From a virus (Duplodnaviria; Caudoviricetes): DNA of 27,329 nt. This document shows, piece by piece, positions 8,950 through 16,144 of the stretch. Each line of letters opens with the position of its first letter. Position 1 is the stretch's first letter. A program made the position numbers and the translations under genes. The DNA lies in IMG/VR virus record IMGVR_UViG_3300017747_001705, positions 1-27,329 of that record. One strand, 5' to 3'. Under the pieces are notes generated by a model. That model searched no databases. It had not been told where the DNA came from and worked only from the letters and a program-made list of their open reading frames with translations.

Positions 8950-9094
8950 CCAGCTCTATTTAATCGACCTATATGACCAGCTCACTCAGCGATACCAAAC
9001 TGTTATTGGCACATTTAACGACCATATGAAATGGGTCAATAGTTCTGGAATCGTTGTTATCAATGTGGAATTTTACTTTTATGAAGGGATATAA
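8936..9094 (+). CDS. Hypothetical protein, 52 aa
   Basis: MNMLSQLYLIDLYDQLTQRYQTVIGTFNDHMKWVNSSGIVVINVEFYFYEGI*; AGGA upstream; fills the gap between operon genes. Confidence 0.6.
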   Translation: MNMLSQLYLIDLYDQLTQRYQTVIGTFNDHMKWVNSSGIVVINVEFYFYEGI

Positions 9095-9096
9095 AA

Positions 9097-9297
9097 ATGC
9101 CTAAGTACGAAGTCTATTTAATTAAAAAGACTGCACATCTTAAGTTTATTGACGCTGAGAGTTCAGATCATGCTGAACAGATCGGATATGAGCTATTAGC
9201 CAATGAATCATTTGAAAACCCTAGCGACCCTGATTGGGATCGTTATGTGTATGTCGCTACCAATTTTGAAGAAAGGACTAGCCATGAATCACGATAA
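9097..9297 (+). CDS. Small acidic phage protein (loosely DpnD/PcfM-like)
   Basis: MPKYEV.......+.+DAES.++A pattern; GAAGGGA RBS. Confidence 0.7.
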   Translation: MPKYEVYLIKKTAHLKFIDAESSDHAEQIGYELLANESFENPSDPDWDRYVYVATNFEERTSHESR

Positions 9298-9373
9298 GCT
9301 CACTAAAGACGATATAAGCTGTTTTTTAATCTTTTCGATAGCTCTCCTCATGCTCTTGTTTTTAATGCCATGA
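9284..9373 (+). CDS. Membrane micro-protein, 29 aa
   Basis: MNHDKLTKDDISCFLIFSIALLMLLFLMP*; AAAGGA RBS; one hydrophobic helix. Confidence 0.6.
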   Translation: MNHDKLTKDDISCFLIFSIALLMLLFLMP

Positions 9374-9432
9374 TGATCGCTATATGTGTGTTTTTAATCA
9401 TCTGGTTACTAGCTCTCTTATTTGACCTGTAG
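9370..9432 (+). CDS. Membrane micro-peptide, 20 aa
   Basis: MMIAICVFLIIWLLALLFDL*; ATGA overlap with the previous stop; ends just before the terminator. Confidence 0.5.
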   Translation: MMIAICVFLIIWLLALLFDL

Positions 9433-9449
9433 CCAGCTCTTAACCCTTG

Positions 9450-9480
9450 ACCCCTAGACTAACCCTCTAGGGGTTTTTTT
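9450..9480 (+). terminator. Rho-independent terminator of the amidoligase operon
   Basis: Perfect 9-bp stem acccctaga/tctaggggt, 7-nt loop, followed by a T-run. Confidence 0.88.
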
Positions 9481-9495
9481 ATGCCCTATAGACCT

Positions 9496-9669
9496 ATTTA
9501 TAAGGGTTTGCGGACTGCTTACAATAAGCCAGATAAATCAAGCCATATAGAATAAGGGTTTGCGGACAATTAAGCAGCGACCAGGACAAGTAAAACCCTT
9601 ATTTTATATGGTTTGTAGGGTAGGGCAAAATTAGACCAACCCGCAAACCCTTATAAATCAAGCCATATA
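9496..9669. repeat. Nested inverted and direct repeats built on the ATAAGGGTTT(GCGG) motif
   Basis: Perfect 18-bp inverted repeat 9496-9513/9641-9658; 23-bp inverted repeat with 2 mismatches 9539-9561/9593-9615; 17-bp direct repeat 9533-9549/9653-9669. Confidence 0.9.
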
Positions 9670-9690
9670 CCCTCTAAAAATACCCTATAT

Positions 9691-9732
9691 CAGCTCGACC
9701 AGCTCGACCAGCTCGACCAGCTCGACCAGCTC
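9691..9732. repeat. 9-bp tandem repeat (CAGCTCGAC) x4.7
   Basis: Read directly from the sequence. Confidence 0.95.
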
Positions 9733-9846
9733 AAAATTTAATTTTTTGTGCAATGCAATAAGCCCAATTTTTGCAATTTTTTGCAGCAATTTTTTTGCCT
9801 ATATCCATATATTAATTTTTGGATTTCGGTTGTAAAAAGTAATAGT

Positions 9847-9887
9847 CACGCAAAAAGCGACCGGCACGCAAAAAGCGACCGGCACGC
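9847..9887. repeat. 18-bp tandem repeat (CACGCAAAAAGCGACCGG) x2.3
   Basis: Read directly; lies immediately past the primase stop codon. Confidence 0.95.
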
Positions 9888-9888
9888 T

Positions 9889-12189
9889 TTATTTGACCCT
9901 AACCAAATGCGGTGTGGGGTTCTCCTCGACCATACGTCGCAGTTCAGACTTACTTAAATCTGCCATGTCAGGTGCGCACCACACGTTCTTTTTAGACTGA
10001 TACTCGCTGGATTTAATGCGACCACAATCCACCCACTCGGCTTCTTTTAACGCGTGAAGTAAAGCGGCTTGGGGTACTTTTACACCTGATGGAGCTGTGC
10101 CTGCCAAGCGGTCACACAAGGCAAAGAAAGGCGAGCCGATCACGCCTTTTGCGAACTCGCCTGTACGATTACGCAACATATCAACCAGGAACGACTCAGC
10201 CATGCTCATGCCATGCTCAATCAGGTTGTACTTGAATTCAGTCATGGCAGGGGCGGCTGCGGGATTAAATTTTGAAACATCTCTATCACGCAAAAAGCGA
10301 CCGACTTGTGCAAAGCCACCCGCACGATACCAATCCCAAATTGCCTTGGCTTTATCCGCGTTCATGCGTGGCGCAGAACTCCACACGCAGAACCAACGGC
10401 GGTCTTGGCTATCGAGCGAAATCGGTACAGGATCGTTACTGAACGCCAACACAAAGAGGCGATTAGCCATTGAGTAAGGGTGCAAGCCTTTGCGGTTAAT
10501 CGACAGCATCTCAGGGGGCGCGGCAATAATAGGCTTTAGCTGATTGGCGAGTTGCCTACGAGCAGCTGCGTCAGGCTCTTTGAGTTCGTTAATCAGTAGG
10601 ATCTCAGACTCTAATTGATAACCCCATTGGCTGTTCATGCTTTGGTTGTCCATGATGCCGCGATTTTTCAGATGTGGGCCACAGATCGCCCAAATAAACG
10701 GCGCCCAGAAGGTGTCCTTACCAGCGCCTTGATCGCCAGCGTGTAGGACTGCGTGGTTTACCTTAATTTCAGGGTGTTGCACCTTGAACGCCATTACATT
10801 CAAAACGTGGTTCAGTTCATCAGGCTCAGGGATTAGAGCCCTGGCATGGTTGAGCCACATGGAGATGTCGCCCACTTCCACGCCTGACACGTCAGGGCGC
10901 GCATCACGCCAGCGGTTGCCGAACAGGTCGCTATCACGCTCGACCACCACCGACTCGCCAGCTGCGTACGTAATGCCTACCAGCGCCTTGGCGCCCATCG
11001 ACTGTCGGTTCTCATCAAAGCAGACCGAGGCCTCTATGCGCCGGTTGGTGTGTAAGGATTTGCATGAAATGTGGCGATACAACGCATTAAAGGTCGTGCG
11101 TCCGATCTCACGGCGGTCTTGCATATCAAAGTAGGACTCATCATCTTGAATGTAAGCGAAACGCTCGTACCATTGGGAACGCTCAACGCGACCCAGTTCT
11201 TTGCGCTCAACCTCAGCAATAATGCGCTGTGCCTCATCGGGAAACGCTTCGGTGGGTTTAATCTTATCAAGTACCATGTTCATCCGCTCGGCTAATAGTT
11301 CATCACGCAAACCGTGATCGACATCAGGGCCACCGTTTTCAGATACCCACGATAAAAACTCACGGCTGCCTAACTCTTGGCAATGGCCGTGATAGCAACA
11401 GAATGACCGATCAAGGGGCTTGTAGCGTGCCTCGATCTCACCCGTTGTATGCTCGGCATTGTTTGGGCAAACGACTGCCACCCAGCCCTCACGATTTACA
11501 TTCGATAGGACTAAACCTTGGTCGTTTAACCATGTCAATACCTTATCTTTGCCTGTGTCAACGAGCTTAACCGACTCAGCCGTAGCCGTATCAGCCGCCT
11601 CAGGCACCACGTCAAGCGCTGCGCAGATGTCCTCAAGGTTGTACTCACGCTCAGGGTGAAACTCTACCAAGCGGGAGGCGAAGTTATTGCGTCCAGGCTT
11701 CAGATTCACAGAACCTGGCAAACGGAAATTGCGAACGGCGTTTGTTGCGCCTGGATCGGTAAAGCCTGCCTTGGCGATTGCCTTAATAGCTGCCGTAAAG
11801 TCGCCCTTGCTGGGCTGTTCTTTAAAAGCATAGCCCCATTGGAATGAACCTTCAGAGGTTTCCATGATCCAAGTAGGCGCAAGCGGTGGCTCTTTAGACT
11901 TGGTGCCAATGTCGTCAAGCATCATTACCAGCACGTACTCGCAATTTGCTGACGAGGCGCTAGGCTTGCCTTCGGTAAAGCGATCGACGATAAACGAGCC
12001 GGTGTTGCCGTACCATGCCTCATTATCACGCATTTTGTGACTAGGCAAGAAAGACGGCCAAGTGCATTTAATCACGCCATCGGCATGAAACTGCAACTCA
12101 CCACCATGTAACTGTGGTTTTTGGCGGACAATTAAGGCGGTTTCACCTTCTGGGGCTAAACCTGTGATATATTCTAAAAAGTTATTCAA
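9889..12189 (-). CDS. Primase-helicase (RepB-like primase, Zn finger, SF3/DUF5906-like helicase)
   Basis: LDD, ETSEGSFQWGY, RLPGS.N.K; CP....H...C.HGHC; Walker A GDQGAGKD; LLINE; TTG start with AAAGGAG RBS. Confidence 0.88.
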   Translation of the reverse strand: MNNFLEYITGLAPEGETALIVRQKPQLHGGELQFHADGVIKCTWPSFLPSHKMRDNEAWYGNTGSFIVDRFTEGKPSASSANCEYVLVMMLDDIGTKSKEPPLAPTWIMETSEGSFQWGYAFKEQPSKGDFTAAIKAIAKAGFTDPGATNAVRNFRLPGSVNLKPGRNNFASRLVEFHPEREYNLEDICAALDVVPEAADTATAESVKLVDTGKDKVLTWLNDQGLVLSNVNREGWVAVVCPNNAEHTTGEIEARYKPLDRSFCCYHGHCQELGSREFLSWVSENGGPDVDHGLRDELLAERMNMVLDKIKPTEAFPDEAQRIIAEVERKELGRVERSQWYERFAYIQDDESYFDMQDRREIGRTTFNALYRHISCKSLHTNRRIEASVCFDENRQSMGAKALVGITYAAGESVVVERDSDLFGNRWRDARPDVSGVEVGDISMWLNHARALIPEPDELNHVLNVMAFKVQHPEIKVNHAVLHAGDQGAGKDTFWAPFIWAICGPHLKNRGIMDNQSMNSQWGYQLESEILLINELKEPDAAARRQLANQLKPIIAAPPEMLSINRKGLHPYSMANRLFVLAFSNDPVPISLDSQDRRWFCVWSSAPRMNADKAKAIWDWYRAGGFAQVGRFLRDRDVSKFNPAAAPAMTEFKYNLIEHGMSMAESFLVDMLRNRTGEFAKGVIGSPFFALCDRLAGTAPSGVKVPQAALLHALKEAEWVDCGRIKSSEYQSKKNVWCAPDMADLSKSELRRMVEENPTPHLVRVK

Positions 12190-12213
12190 GTGACTACTCC
12201 TTTACTGGGGTTT

Positions 12214-12252
12214 GCCCCTACAAGTTTCACGTGCTTGTGGGGGTATTTTTTT
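12214..12252 (+). terminator. Terminator-like hairpin between polA and primase, oriented for the + (antisense) strand
   Basis: gcccctacaag/cttgtgggggt stem with G-U pairs valid on +, followed by a T-run on +. Confidence 0.5.
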
Positions 12253-14212
12253 ACTTACCATAACGTGACATCACACCGACTTCTACACTCAAGGGCAAAC
12301 CTGTCGCCCAAGCGGGTGGTGTACACATCACGCGCTCCATTTCTGCTTTTACTGCTTCGGGTTCATGCGTTTCGACCACAATCTCGTCATGCACATGAAG
12401 AACTACGTTGTCTAAATTTCGTAATGAGTACCGCAAAAGGTCGTTGGCTACTGCCTGAGTAATGTTCTCGCACGCAAGTCCTTTCCATAAACGCGCCCTT
12501 GGCCACTCTTTAGCGTCAGCGGCAGGTTTCCAAGACGCTTTGGCGTAGGACACTCCGTCAACATCAATTTGGGCGAACGGATAGCATAACACGCGACCAC
12601 TCGGAAGTGCGTACCATAGGTGTAAACCATCATACATATAGGTCGTTTTGCCTGCGGTAAATTCATGGTTTGGATTGCGCATGGCACGGGTGTAAGCGTC
12701 CTCAAGATCGCTCCAATACGACACCGCCCACGGGTTAGCCAGGCGCCAGCCGTTGACCATGCGTTTGGCTTCAGATTCGGTCATCATTACGCCGTAAATG
12801 CGACCCATCGCAGCAAACGCGCCCACACCACCAGCGAATCCGCAAGCCAACTCTTGCACCTTGCCAATCTGACGTTGATCCTTATCAACCTTGTGCAATG
12901 GCACACTAAAGGTCTTAGCTGCATTGACCTTGTAGACATCCTCGCCTGTGCGAAATAGGTCTAGCTTATCAATGCTACTGCGGTGGGCAGATACCCAAGG
13001 TGTTACGCGTGCTTCAATTGCAGACCAATCGGCTACGACAAGGGTCTTTCCCAAAGCGGGTACCAAAGCTGGCCGTAACATTCCTTTAAGCACGTCTGTA
13101 ACGCGTCTTCCAAAGGCAGGGACAATTGCGTGGCTTCTAACCATCGCCTGTCTAACGGCTTCAGGATCGACAGCGCAACGTCGTGGGAAGTTGTGTACTT
13201 GTAATCCATAGCTTGAAGCTCGCCCAGTGGCGCTTCCGCCAGCAAAGACAAAAGCACCTCTAACTCGTCCATCGCCTTCATCTGCAAGGTCGGCAGCACG
13301 TTTAAACTTAGCGACAGAGGATGCCCATAGGTCATCTGCGCACTGGATAACGTCTGCGACGTGGTGTGGAATTTCGTCATGGTTTTCCTCCGCTAAAATC
13401 AATAAATTGGCACGTACAGTCTTATCAATACTGTACTTCTTATCACCATCTTTGTACGACTCCATTAACTTCTTGGCTTGTGAGCCGACACGTTCTAATA
13501 CCCAATCCCTCATGCGAGGGGAGCGCACCGACGTAATCTCTCCGTTAGTCACTTCTTCCACAATCGCTTCAATTTCACCTAACTCATGGCTGGCGTACCG
13601 AATTGCAGACTCGGCTAATGGCTTATCAAGCAACACACCGCGATCGTTAATGCGCTCATTGACATGGTAATCCAATAGTTCTTCATCTGACAAGTCACGC
13701 ATCGCTTTGCTAATTGAGCGCATGGCTTTTACATCTTGTTCGCAATACGCCACCATCTCCTCCATGAGTGTTGGGTCGTCGTTAAACGTGCCATCTGATC
13801 GTGGGATTGACAGCGCACGGATCAACTGCTTGCCTCGGTGATCCTTCTTCATATTGGCACCGGCAAAGCGACCAACATCTTCCAATGAGCCTGGAGCGCA
13901 GTTGGCACGGGCTTGCGTTGCCGTACAATAGAACTGTTCTAGCTTTGGTTCAGGGATACCTTTGTCTGCGCACAAGACGTACCAGGTAATTAGGCGTTCA
14001 AAAGCAGCGTTGTGCGCTCGTATTTGACCCGTGTGATTTGCAACACGGGCAGGAAATGGTTGATCCGCAAGCCATGTAACGACATCTTCATCGTCAAAGG
14101 CATAGCTCATGCACAGCACTTGCGTACTCGGATCTTGTGCATAGTTGTAGACGCCACGACTAGGTAAGTCGCAACGGCTACGGGTTTCAAAATCAAGCCA
14201 AAGTATTGTCAT
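12251..14212 (-). CDS. polA: Family A DNA polymerase (APSE/SPO2-like) with 3'-5' exonuclease
   Basis: ExoI LDFET, ExoII AHNAAFE, ExoIII YCEQD; motif A ADWSAIEAR, motif B RQIGKVQELACGF, motif C HVHDEIV. Confidence 0.95.
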   Translation of the reverse strand: MTILWLDFETRSRCDLPSRGVYNYAQDPSTQVLCMSYAFDDEDVVTWLADQPFPARVANHTGQIRAHNAAFERLITWYVLCADKGIPEPKLEQFYCTATQARANCAPGSLEDVGRFAGANMKKDHRGKQLIRALSIPRSDGTFNDDPTLMEEMVAYCEQDVKAMRSISKAMRDLSDEELLDYHVNERINDRGVLLDKPLAESAIRYASHELGEIEAIVEEVTNGEITSVRSPRMRDWVLERVGSQAKKLMESYKDGDKKYSIDKTVRANLLILAEENHDEIPHHVADVIQCADDLWASSVAKFKRAADLADEGDGRVRGAFVFAGGSATGRASSYGLQVHNFPRRCAVDPEAVRQAMVRSHAIVPAFGRRVTDVLKGMLRPALVPALGKTLVVADWSAIEARVTPWVSAHRSSIDKLDLFRTGEDVYKVNAAKTFSVPLHKVDKDQRQIGKVQELACGFAGGVGAFAAMGRIYGVMMTESEAKRMVNGWRLANPWAVSYWSDLEDAYTRAMRNPNHEFTAGKTTYMYDGLHLWYALPSGRVLCYPFAQIDVDGVSYAKASWKPAADAKEWPRARLWKGLACENITQAVANDLLRYSLRNLDNVVLHVHDEIVVETHEPEAVKAEMERVMCTPPAWATGLPLSVEVGVMSRYGK

Positions 14213-14221
14213 AATAAGAGT

Positions 14222-14311
14222 GGGGTGTCAATTTGGTTGCTAATACACGTGTGCTGGAAGGCAGAAAAAAAGCACACTTGCAACATCCTTGAGGGTCTGC
14301 CTAACCACCCC
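14222..14311. ncRNA. Candidate structured RNA or ssDNA element with a pseudoknot, upstream of polA
   Basis: Four perfect helices: 14222-27/14306-11, 14236-40/14280-84, 14249-55/14271-77, and a crossing 14259-65/14296-302. Confidence 0.6.
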
Positions 14312-14317
14312 TATCCT

Positions 14318-14971
14318 TTATACCGCGCTACGACGCCGACGTGCTGGGGCTGCTTCTACGGCTTCAGGCGCTTCAATCTCTTTAGGCGCTTCAACAGCAT
14401 CACCGTCCATACCAACCCATTCTTGAACTGCAAAGATGGGGGTGAAGATACGGCCATAGCTCTTGTGCGTGTAATGCTCTTTACCAAGCATAACGATTGG
14501 CACAGGTTTGCTTTGATCCTTCTCGACTTGCGTTGCAATGGCTACAGCCAAGGCTTGTACGCTACGCTTGCCACCAACCGAGGTTGTGGTGTAACGCGCT
14601 TCTAAACCTTTATCTTCGCCAGAAAGACACTTCATTGACATACCAACTTGCGTTTCCCAACCCTTTTTGGCATTTGGTGGCGCAGGCTCTAGTTCGGGCA
14701 ATGGCTGAGATACAGACACCATCTTCTCACCAAGAACTTCTCCATCACCCCAAGCAATATACCCATGCACAAATGACAAGGGATTGATTGCCCAAGTAGA
14801 TTCGTCCTCAATTTCAGTTTGATCTGCACCAAAGACCCAATGCCCTGTCTTGTCCATCTTGATGATGACTGTGCCTGCTGGCCCAATCTCAGCTTCGATA
14901 GAACGCAAAGCGGTAGAAAGGTCTTTGACGGAAGGTAGGTTTGCACCTGCGAAAGTTACGATATTTGACAT
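14318..14971 (-). CDS. Putative ssDNA-binding protein
   Basis: Position between the DUF2800 nuclease and polA; aromatic-rich beta pattern, YGRIFTP.F...W motif, acidic low-complexity tail. Confidence 0.55.
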   Translation of the reverse strand: MSNIVTFAGANLPSVKDLSTALRSIEAEIGPAGTVIIKMDKTGHWVFGADQTEIEDESTWAINPLSFVHGYIAWGDGEVLGEKMVSVSQPLPELEPAPPNAKKGWETQVGMSMKCLSGEDKGLEARYTTTSVGGKRSVQALAVAIATQVEKDQSKPVPIVMLGKEHYTHKSYGRIFTPIFAVQEWVGMDGDAVEAPKEIEAPEAVEAAPARRRRSAV

Positions 14972-14982
14972 TATTGTTTCCT

Positions 14983-16113
14983 TTATTGAAGTTTAGAAAA
15001 GGCAGCAGATAACTGCTTACCTAGTTGTAAAACCGCTGGTCTGGGATCGCTCTCAGGCGCCAACGTACTGCCACTACTGACTGCTACTACTTGATCGGCA
15101 GGCAATGGCTTGCCATGCTTTTTCAATACTTTTTCTGCCTGAGCAGGAGATATTACTTTAGAAACCATCAATTCTTCTTCAGAAATACCCTCATTCATCA
15201 TGGTTACTAGGGCTTGATCTTCGTCTACCCATTGGCGTGTAGCACGTTTGGCAACCAGCTTCCAGCCTGGCACTACGGCGCCTGACTCTAACATGGTAAA
15301 GGTCAAAGCACGCAGATCATTAATCCATTGCTCGAGCATATCTGCCTTGCTTAAATAGTCGTTGATCTGCATTACATCAATGTCGCCAACAGCAATGGTC
15401 AAGGCACGATCGACTGCGCCGGTCATTAACGGGCAAATAGGCTTGGCAGCGCACCAACGGCAATGATCGCCTACTTTAAGAGGTGCATCATCTTTTTTGG
15501 CTAACTTAACGGCCATTTTGAGTTCTTGTTCAAACTGCTTAATGCGCTCAGGCGTGGTTGTCCAGCGCTTGATTTCAGGAGGTTGCACAATGATGCACTC
15601 AATCTCGGTAGCGCCTTCAAACACCCATTGCACTTCAGGAGTACGCATGGCAGCTGCCGCATAAAACATCAGCTGCGGGTTTTCTTCAGCTTCTACGGCT
15701 ACCCCGTCACCAAACTTCCAATCCAAAACGATAGCACGTTTCCCAATCCGACCAAGCAGATCAGTAGAACCAAAAACATCGCTAAGAAAATCCCCAAAGC
15801 CCACTCTTGTTTCGACGGCGATATCCATTTGGCAGTCAGGATCAACCTTGTTAAGTAAATCAAGAGCAGGGTATAACTTATCTTCCAAAAGAGCTTTAGT
15901 GAACGTAATTTCTTCATACGTAGTTCCCAAAAAGTCTGTTGGTTTTTTGTCATGTTCTAGCACCTCGGCAATGATGTTGTGTAAAAAAGTTCCTTCGTTA
16001 GCGTACTTGCTAGACGGCTGTGGGGGCATTTTGGCGCATAGCGCTACGGAGCCTGGGCAGTTGATTACCCGCTTGGCGGTTGACCCGCCGACGATCTGAG
16101 AATGTGAGGCCAT
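14983..16113 (-). CDS. DUF2800 / Cas4-like PD-(D/E)xK exonuclease
   Basis: CPGS, EGT.LH, FGSTD, DWKFG, QLMFYA and CRWC.....CP (four Fe-S-type cysteines). Confidence 0.88.
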   Translation of the reverse strand: MASHSQIVGGSTAKRVINCPGSVALCAKMPPQPSSKYANEGTFLHNIIAEVLEHDKKPTDFLGTTYEEITFTKALLEDKLYPALDLLNKVDPDCQMDIAVETRVGFGDFLSDVFGSTDLLGRIGKRAIVLDWKFGDGVAVEAEENPQLMFYAAAAMRTPEVQWVFEGATEIECIIVQPPEIKRWTTTPERIKQFEQELKMAVKLAKKDDAPLKVGDHCRWCAAKPICPLMTGAVDRALTIAVGDIDVMQINDYLSKADMLEQWINDLRALTFTMLESGAVVPGWKLVAKRATRQWVDEDQALVTMMNEGISEEELMVSKVISPAQAEKVLKKHGKPLPADQVVAVSSGSTLAPESDPRPAVLQLGKQLSAAFSKLQ

Positions 16114-16144
16114 TTACTTTCCTTTACTGTAGTGATTGAGATTC

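Noticed and set aside
6063-9565. Transposon or integrative element defined by the 26-bp direct repeat
   Set aside because: No transposase or recombinase, and the repeat is one of six motif copies in both orientations, so it is not a simple target-site duplication.
9748-9957. 69-aa + strand ORF
   Set aside because: Made of T-tracts and the 18-bp tandem repeat, overlaps the primase end in antisense, has no RBS, and lies downstream of the terminator.
14222-14311. tRNA or known self-cleaving ribozyme
   Set aside because: No cloverleaf or T-loop, and no conserved catalytic core recognised by eye; kept only as an unclassified structured element.
14225-14605. 126-aa + strand ORF across the structured element
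   Set aside because: Antisense to the SSB-like gene, no RBS, implausible composition.
14983-16113. Cas4-like gene as evidence of a CRISPR-Cas system
   Set aside because: It is a solo DUF2800-type nuclease in its usual slot beside SSB and PolA; no other cas genes or array.
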